64,000 nt of DNA from Schmidtea nova (lineage: Eukaryota), in the NCBI GenBank assembly GCA_044892505.1, contig CM097883.1, positions 95,542,001 to 95,606,000 of the forward strand, given 5' to 3'. Below, one piece after another: positions 58,056-64,000 of the stretch. Every line of letters begins with the position of its first letter. The stretch's first letter is position 1. The notes beneath the pieces were generated by a model. It had not been told where the DNA came from. It saw only the letters and a list, made by a program, of their open reading frames with translations, and ran no database searches. A program made the position numbers and the translations under genes.

Positions 58056-61000
58056 TCAGCAGCCGAAATAAGTATGAATATTTTCACATGCTTTTTCTTG
58101 GAATTTGAAAGTAGTATCACGGCGTCCAACTGGTTTACCAATGTAAATCCTTTAACAATTGTTAAATAAATTATTAGTGAATATGTATTACTTTTCATTT
58201 GAAACGATAGCTAATTGATTGATTCCTTTATCTTGTTGAAGAAATGAAGTTATAATTTCTGGAATATTTTTCGAATCAAATTTAATAAAGTCATTCATGT
58301 TCTTGTAATTAGATGAAAACGTAACATCGTTGCCTTTAATATAACCAGCAAGTAATTGATTTTCCTGAATAATCCAGAACACTATTGACTTTCCATATAA
58401 ATTTCTGTAAAATGAATTTTGAGTTTTGCCAATAAATAATCCTTTTTCTTTGATATTCAATTCTATAATAGTAAGATTTTTGAAATCAGCACCCATCACT
58501 TTAAGCACGCTTTTTCCTTGAAATGCGATAAGATGATTTCCTATTGGATCGTAGAAAATTGAATCGATATTGCAAAGTCGTTTGTCCAATGAAACAAGAC
58601 TGAAACTATTATCTATTGTATTGTTCTTGATTTTCATAATAAAGTTATCTCGGGTGATTATAAATGATTCATTATGGAAGTCTGAAAATATTTACAATAA
58701 TCATTTTTTGAAAATTATACCGTTAGTGTGATTATATGAGCGCATAGTGTCTGTCAATTTTCAATAGAAGATTTTACATTTTTTTATGCGTTTTATAGAT
58801 TCATTTTATTTTTTTTTTATTCATTTATTTATTCAATTTTAGACTCAATTTTGATGTAAAAAACATTCAAAAAATAAAAGAATATTTGAACTAATCATAT
58901 CTATACCAGTATTTCACTTAATCACCTTGTTATTCTTTATTTCGCTTAGTGAAAGGAAATCTTGATAACAAAAATAATTTTTTTAAACAGCTTTAAACTT
59001 TGTTCAAGGATCAATAATATAACTCAACATCAAAATTGGTTTCAATCTTTCTAAAACTTTTGTTTATTGCTAGCATGAAGGTACAATTTCCTAACAGCTG
59101 ATACTTATTTGAGGGAAGTTACTTCTAATTATTAAAAATAAACTATTCAATTTATTTAAATTGATATCTTACACCTCGTATCACACTAATAATATTTAAT
59201 ATGAACAGATTCAACTGATAATGAAATCAGTTAGATTATTCTCAGTGCTATTCCTCCTTTTCTGATAGTATTTGTAAAGAAAATAAATATTTCAGACTTA
59301 CAATTAAATGACAATTTTATTGATTGATTTTCACAGAAAATTCTTTTACTCGAAGATTCAATACTCAAATTGTTATCTGATCTCCAACACCTAAAGATAT
59401 GTTTATTAAAAATAAAAAAGAAAACTGAATTTTTACTTAATGAAATCATTGATAAATTGAGTTGAAATTTTAGATTTATTTTCCAGACTGATAATTCTAA
59501 AGAAATACTGATAAAAATATTTAAAAAAGAAAAAAATTAACTTGTCATCTTCAATAAAATAAAGTATTTGCTGTTTCTTTCCCAGCTTAAATGCTCCATT
59601 TATATTAACTGAAGAGAGTATATTCTTCTTCAGACGCAAGGCCTTATCGAGAGACACTTCTTGATCGGAAAACTTGATACTTTTACCATGTAAATTTCCT
59701 TGGACAGCTTTACCATTCTGAAAAATTGAAATATTGTAAATATCTTTATGAGGGAATTGTAGTTTACTTGAATAACCCAGAAAGACGAAGCGGTTTTAGA
59801 AACTTGATTCATGTGAACAACGGCTGATACAGAACCCTTGAATGAACCCCTATATGTAACATTTAAATGTTCGATTTTCAAGTTTGATACGCAATCGCCT
59901 TCAGCCGAAAATATTTCGTCACCTAAATCAGAAAGTCGAAAAATGAATATATGAAAATCAGCATACCGGAGAACACAATCAACTTTTGTATATCTTCATT
60001 GAAGTAAATCGCGTCAGCATTATGTAATTTTTGATCCAATAATTTAGGCATGAAGGTATTGTCAATAGTCCCGTTTTCGTTTAACTTGAACACCTTCTTA
60101 TCAGTTGAAATGATGTAGGTAACGTCATCGCGGTCTATAGGGAGAAGGACAATAATCAAAACTAAATTATAAAAAAGGCTTACAATTAAAAGCATTGAGT
60201 AAAATTTGACTTCGACACCATTCGTCGGCAAACGATCTAAACGCAACTTGATTTCCGTAATAATATGTATTTTTATTATTAATATTGTTTTGGATAGTTA
60301 TCGGGCTGGCTCCCAGTTTCCATTCTCGCGTTTCGTAATGAGTAGAATTCTGTATGGATTCAATCTTCGCGATTTGCTTCTCATCATTGATGTTGTATAT
60401 AATAATATTATTGACGTTACTACTGTGGCCGTTACTTTGGATGTTAATATTAAGGGCGGACCTAGATCTCTCTCTAACCTGCAGCCACTTCTCGTAATGT
60501 GAATAAATATCAAATTCGTAATGAGAACAGTTAGGAAGATGTATATGACTTGGAGGAGGACAAGTATGTGGCACACAAGGTGGTGGCGGTGGAGGATTAT
60601 ATTTAGGTAGAGGAGGGCAAGTACATACGCTGGGGGCAGGAGTCGTTACTTTGGCTAGTTCCACAGTTGTCGAGGAGGCAGATGTGGCAGTTCCAGTAGT
60701 TACACTTTCTGAAGCAGTGGATGATTGTTGAGTTTGTTCAGTGGTATTGATATCAGTAGAAACTTGTTCACTAGTTACTTTCGATGATGAAGTGGTTTGT
60801 TCTTCAGTTGTCGAAGTGGCAGGTGTGGCAGTTCCAGTAGTTACACTTTCTGAAGCAGTGGATGATTGTTGAGTTTGTTCAGTGGTATTGATATCAGTTG
60901 AAACTTGTTCACTTGTTACTTTCGATGATGAAGTGGTTTGTTCTTCAGTTGTCGAAGTGGCAGGTGTGGCAGTTCCAGTAGTTACACTTTCTGAAGCAGT

Positions 61001-64000
61001 GGATGATAGTTGAGTTTGTTCAGTGGTATTGATATCAGTTGAAACTTGTTCACTTGTTACTTTCGATAATGAAGTGGTTTGTTCTTCAGTTGTCGAAGTG
61101 GCAGGTGTGGCAGTTCCAGTAGTTACACTTTCTGAAGCAGTGGATGATTGTTGAGTTTGTTCAGTGGTATTGATATCAGTTGAAACTTGTTCACTTGTTA
61201 CTTTCGATGATGAAGTGGTCTGTTCTTCAGTTGTCGAAGTGGCAGGTGTGGCAGTTCCAGTAGTTACACTTTCTGAAGCAGTGGATGATTGTTGAGTTTG
61301 TTCAGTGGTATTGATATCAGTAGAAACTTGTTCACTAGTTACTTTCGATGATGAAGTGGTTTGTTCTTCAGTTGTCGAAGTGGCAGGTGTGGCAGTTCCA
61401 GTAGTTACACTTTCTGAAGCAGTGGATGATTGTTGAGTTTGTTCAGTGGTATTGAAATCAGTTGAAACTTGTTCACTAGTTACTTTCGATGATGAAGTGG
61501 TTTGTTCTTCAGTTGTCGAAGTGGCAGGTGTGGCAGTTCCAGTAGTTACACTTTCTGAAGCAGTGGATGATTGTTGAGTTTGTTCAGTGGTATTGAAATC
61601 AGTTGAAACTTGTTCACTAGTTACTTTCGATGATGAAGTGGTTTGTTCTTCAGTTGTCGAAGTGGCAGGTGTGGCAGTTCCAGTAGTTACACTTTCTGAA
61701 GCAGTGGATGATTGTTGAGTTTGTTCAGTGGTATTGATATCAGTTGAAACTTGTTCACTAGTTACTTTCGATGATGAAGTGGTTTGTTCTTCAGTTGTCG
61801 AAGTGGCAGGTGTGGCAGTTCCAGTAGTTACACTTTCTGAAGCAGTGGATGATTGTTGAGTTTGTTCAGTGGTATTGATATCAGTTGAAACTTGTTCACT
61901 AGTTACTTTCGATGATGAAGTGGTTTGTTCTTCAGTTGTCGAAGTGGCAGGTGTGGCAGTTCCAGTAGTTACACTTTCTGAAGCAGTGGATGATTGTTGA
62001 GTTTGTTCAGTGGTATTGAAATCAGTTGAAACTTGTTCACTAGTTACTTTCGATGATGAAGTGGTTTGTTCTTCAGTTGTCGAAGTGGCAGGTGTGGCAG
62101 TTCCAGTAGTTACACTTTCTGAAGCAGTGGATGATTGTTGAGTTTGTTCAGTGGTATTGATATCAGTTGAAACTTGTTCACTAGTTACTTTCGATGATGA
62201 AGTGGTTTGTTCTTCAGTTGTCGAAGTGGCAGGTGTGGCAGTTCCAGTAGTTACACTTTCTGAAGCAGTGGATGATTGTTGAGTTTGTTCAGTGGTATTG
62301 ATATCAGTTGAAACTTGTTCACTAGTTACTTTCGATGATGAAGTGGTTTGTTCTTCAGTTGTCGAAGTGGCAGGTGTGGCAGTTCCAGTAGTTACACTTT
62401 CTGAAGCAGTGGATGATTGTTGAGTTTGTTCAGTGGTATTGATATCAGTTGAAACTTGTTCACTAGTTACTTTCGATGATGAAGTGGTTTGTTCTTCAGT
62501 TGTCGAAGTGGCAGGTGTGGCAGTTCCAGTAGTTAGACTTTCTGAAGCAGTGGATGATTGTTGAGTTTGTTCAGTGGTATTGATATCAGTTGAAACTTGT
62601 TCACTAGTTACTTTCGATGATGAAGTGGTTTGTTCTTCAGTTGTCGAAGTGGCAGGTGTGGCAGTTCCAGTAGTTACACTTTCTGAAGCAGTGGATGATT
62701 GTTGAGTTTGTTCAGTGGTATTGATATCAGTTGAAACTTGTTCACTAGTTACTTTCGATGATGAAGTGGTTTGTTCTTCAGTTGTCGAAGTGGCAGGTGT
62801 GGCAGTTCCAGTAGTTACACTTTCTGAAGCAGTGGATGATTGTTGAGTTTGTTCAGTGGTATTGATATCAGTTGAAACTTGTTCACTAGTTACTTTCGAT
62901 GATGAAGTGGTTTGTTCTTCAGTTGTCGAAGTGGCAGGTGTGGCAGTTCCAGTAGTTACACTTTCTGAAGCAGTGGATGATTGTTGAGTTTGTTCAGTGG
63001 TATTGATATCAGTTGAAACTTGTTCACTAGTTACTTTCGATGATGAAGTGGTTTGTTCTTCAGTTGTCGAAGTGGCAGGTGTGGCAGTTCCAGTAGTTAC
63101 ACTTTCTGAAGCTGTGGATGATTGTTGAGTTTGTTCAGTGGTATTGATATCAGTTGAAACTTGTTCACTAGTTACTTTCGATGATGAAGTGGTTTGTTCT
63201 TCAGTTGTCGAAGTGGCAGGTGTGGCAGTTCCAGTAGTTACACTTTCTGAAGCAGTGGATGATTGTTGAGTTTGTTCAGTGGTATTGATATCAGTTGAAA
63301 CTTGTTCACTAGTTACTTTCGATGATGAAGTGGTTTGTTCTTCAGTTGTCGAAGGGGCAGGTGTGGCAGTTCCAGTAGTTAGACTTTCTGAAGCAGTGGA
63401 TGATTGTTGAGTTTGTTCAGTGGTATTGATATCAGTTGAAACTTGTTCACTAGTTACTTTCGATGATGAAGTGGTTTGTTCTTCAGTTGTCGAAGTGGCA
63501 GGTGTTGCAGTTCCAGTAGTTACACTTTCTGAAGCTGTGGATGATTGTTGAGTTTGTTCAGTGGTATTGATATCAGTTGAAACTTGTTCACTAGTTACTT
63601 TCGATGATGAAGTGGTTTGTTCTTCAGTTGTCGAAGTGGCAGGTGTGGCAGTTCCAGTAGTTACACTTTCTGAAGCAGTGGATGATTGTTGAGTTTGTTC
63701 AGTGGTATTGATATCAGTTGAAACTTGTTCACTAGTTACTTTCGATGATGAAGTGGTTTGTTCTTCAGTTGTCGAAGTGGCAGGTGTGGCAGTTCCAGTA
63801 GTTAGACTTTCTGAAGCAGTGGATGATTGTTGAGTTTGTTCAGTGGTATTGATATCAGTTGAAACTTGTTCACTAGTTACTTTCGATGATGAAGTGGTTT
63901 GTTCTTCAGTTGTCGAAGTGGCAGGTGTGGCAGTTCCAGTAGTTACACTTTCTGAAGCAGTGGATGATTGTTGAGTTTGTTCAGTGGTATTGATATCAGT
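58056..64000 (-). CDS. Giant mucin with two hemopexin-like modules, paralogue 2 (5' part outside the window)
   Basis: Repeat exon ends at 60184 (AFN|gtaag). Modules NADAIYFNEDIQKLIVFSG and NIDSIFYDPIGNHLIAFQG; last exon KIYIGKPVGRRDTTFKFQEKACENIHTYFGC-stop at 58056, matching the hemopexin terminal W/F-x-G-C. Confidence 0.85.
60665..64000 (-). repeat. Coding 141-bp tandem array, ~24 copies visible, highly homogeneous
   Basis: Same unit as 14335-29040; mostly the STTEEQTTSSSKVT variant. Confidence 0.97.

Overview
AT-rich eukaryotic (invertebrate) DNA with three N-gaps. The very short GT-AG introns and the transposon mix would fit a triclad flatworm, but the host cannot be established from the sequence alone. 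Two tandem, minus-strand paralogous genes dominate the window. Gene 1 (11933-30661) is complete: signal peptide, N-terminal domain, basic segment, about 104 copies of a 47-aa Thr/Ser repeat in one 16-kb exon, a Pro/Cys hinge, and two hemopexin-like modules ending in Cys. Gene 2 (58056 to beyond 64000) carries the same repeat unit almost unchanged but strongly diverged flanks. The rest is nested transposon material. (i) A chimeric Ty3/gypsy unit (2882-11318) with LTRs, tRNA-Arg PBS and PPT; its internal segment has RNase H-integrase fused in frame to an FN3-like/stalk/TM membrane protein, followed by an ORF with a catalytically degenerate REX4-type DEDDh exonuclease domain. (ii) Decayed gypsy pol and gag fragments. 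(iii) Long LTR-like units carrying coiled-coil ORFs and introns. (iv) A Penelope RT/GIY-YIG fragment. (v) A complete but broken hAT with TIRs and an 8-bp TSD, plus other DNA-transposon relics. A ~90-nt motif with an apparently covarying stem recurs four times in the long-LTR-like segments. All alignments were done by eye, and no database search was run.
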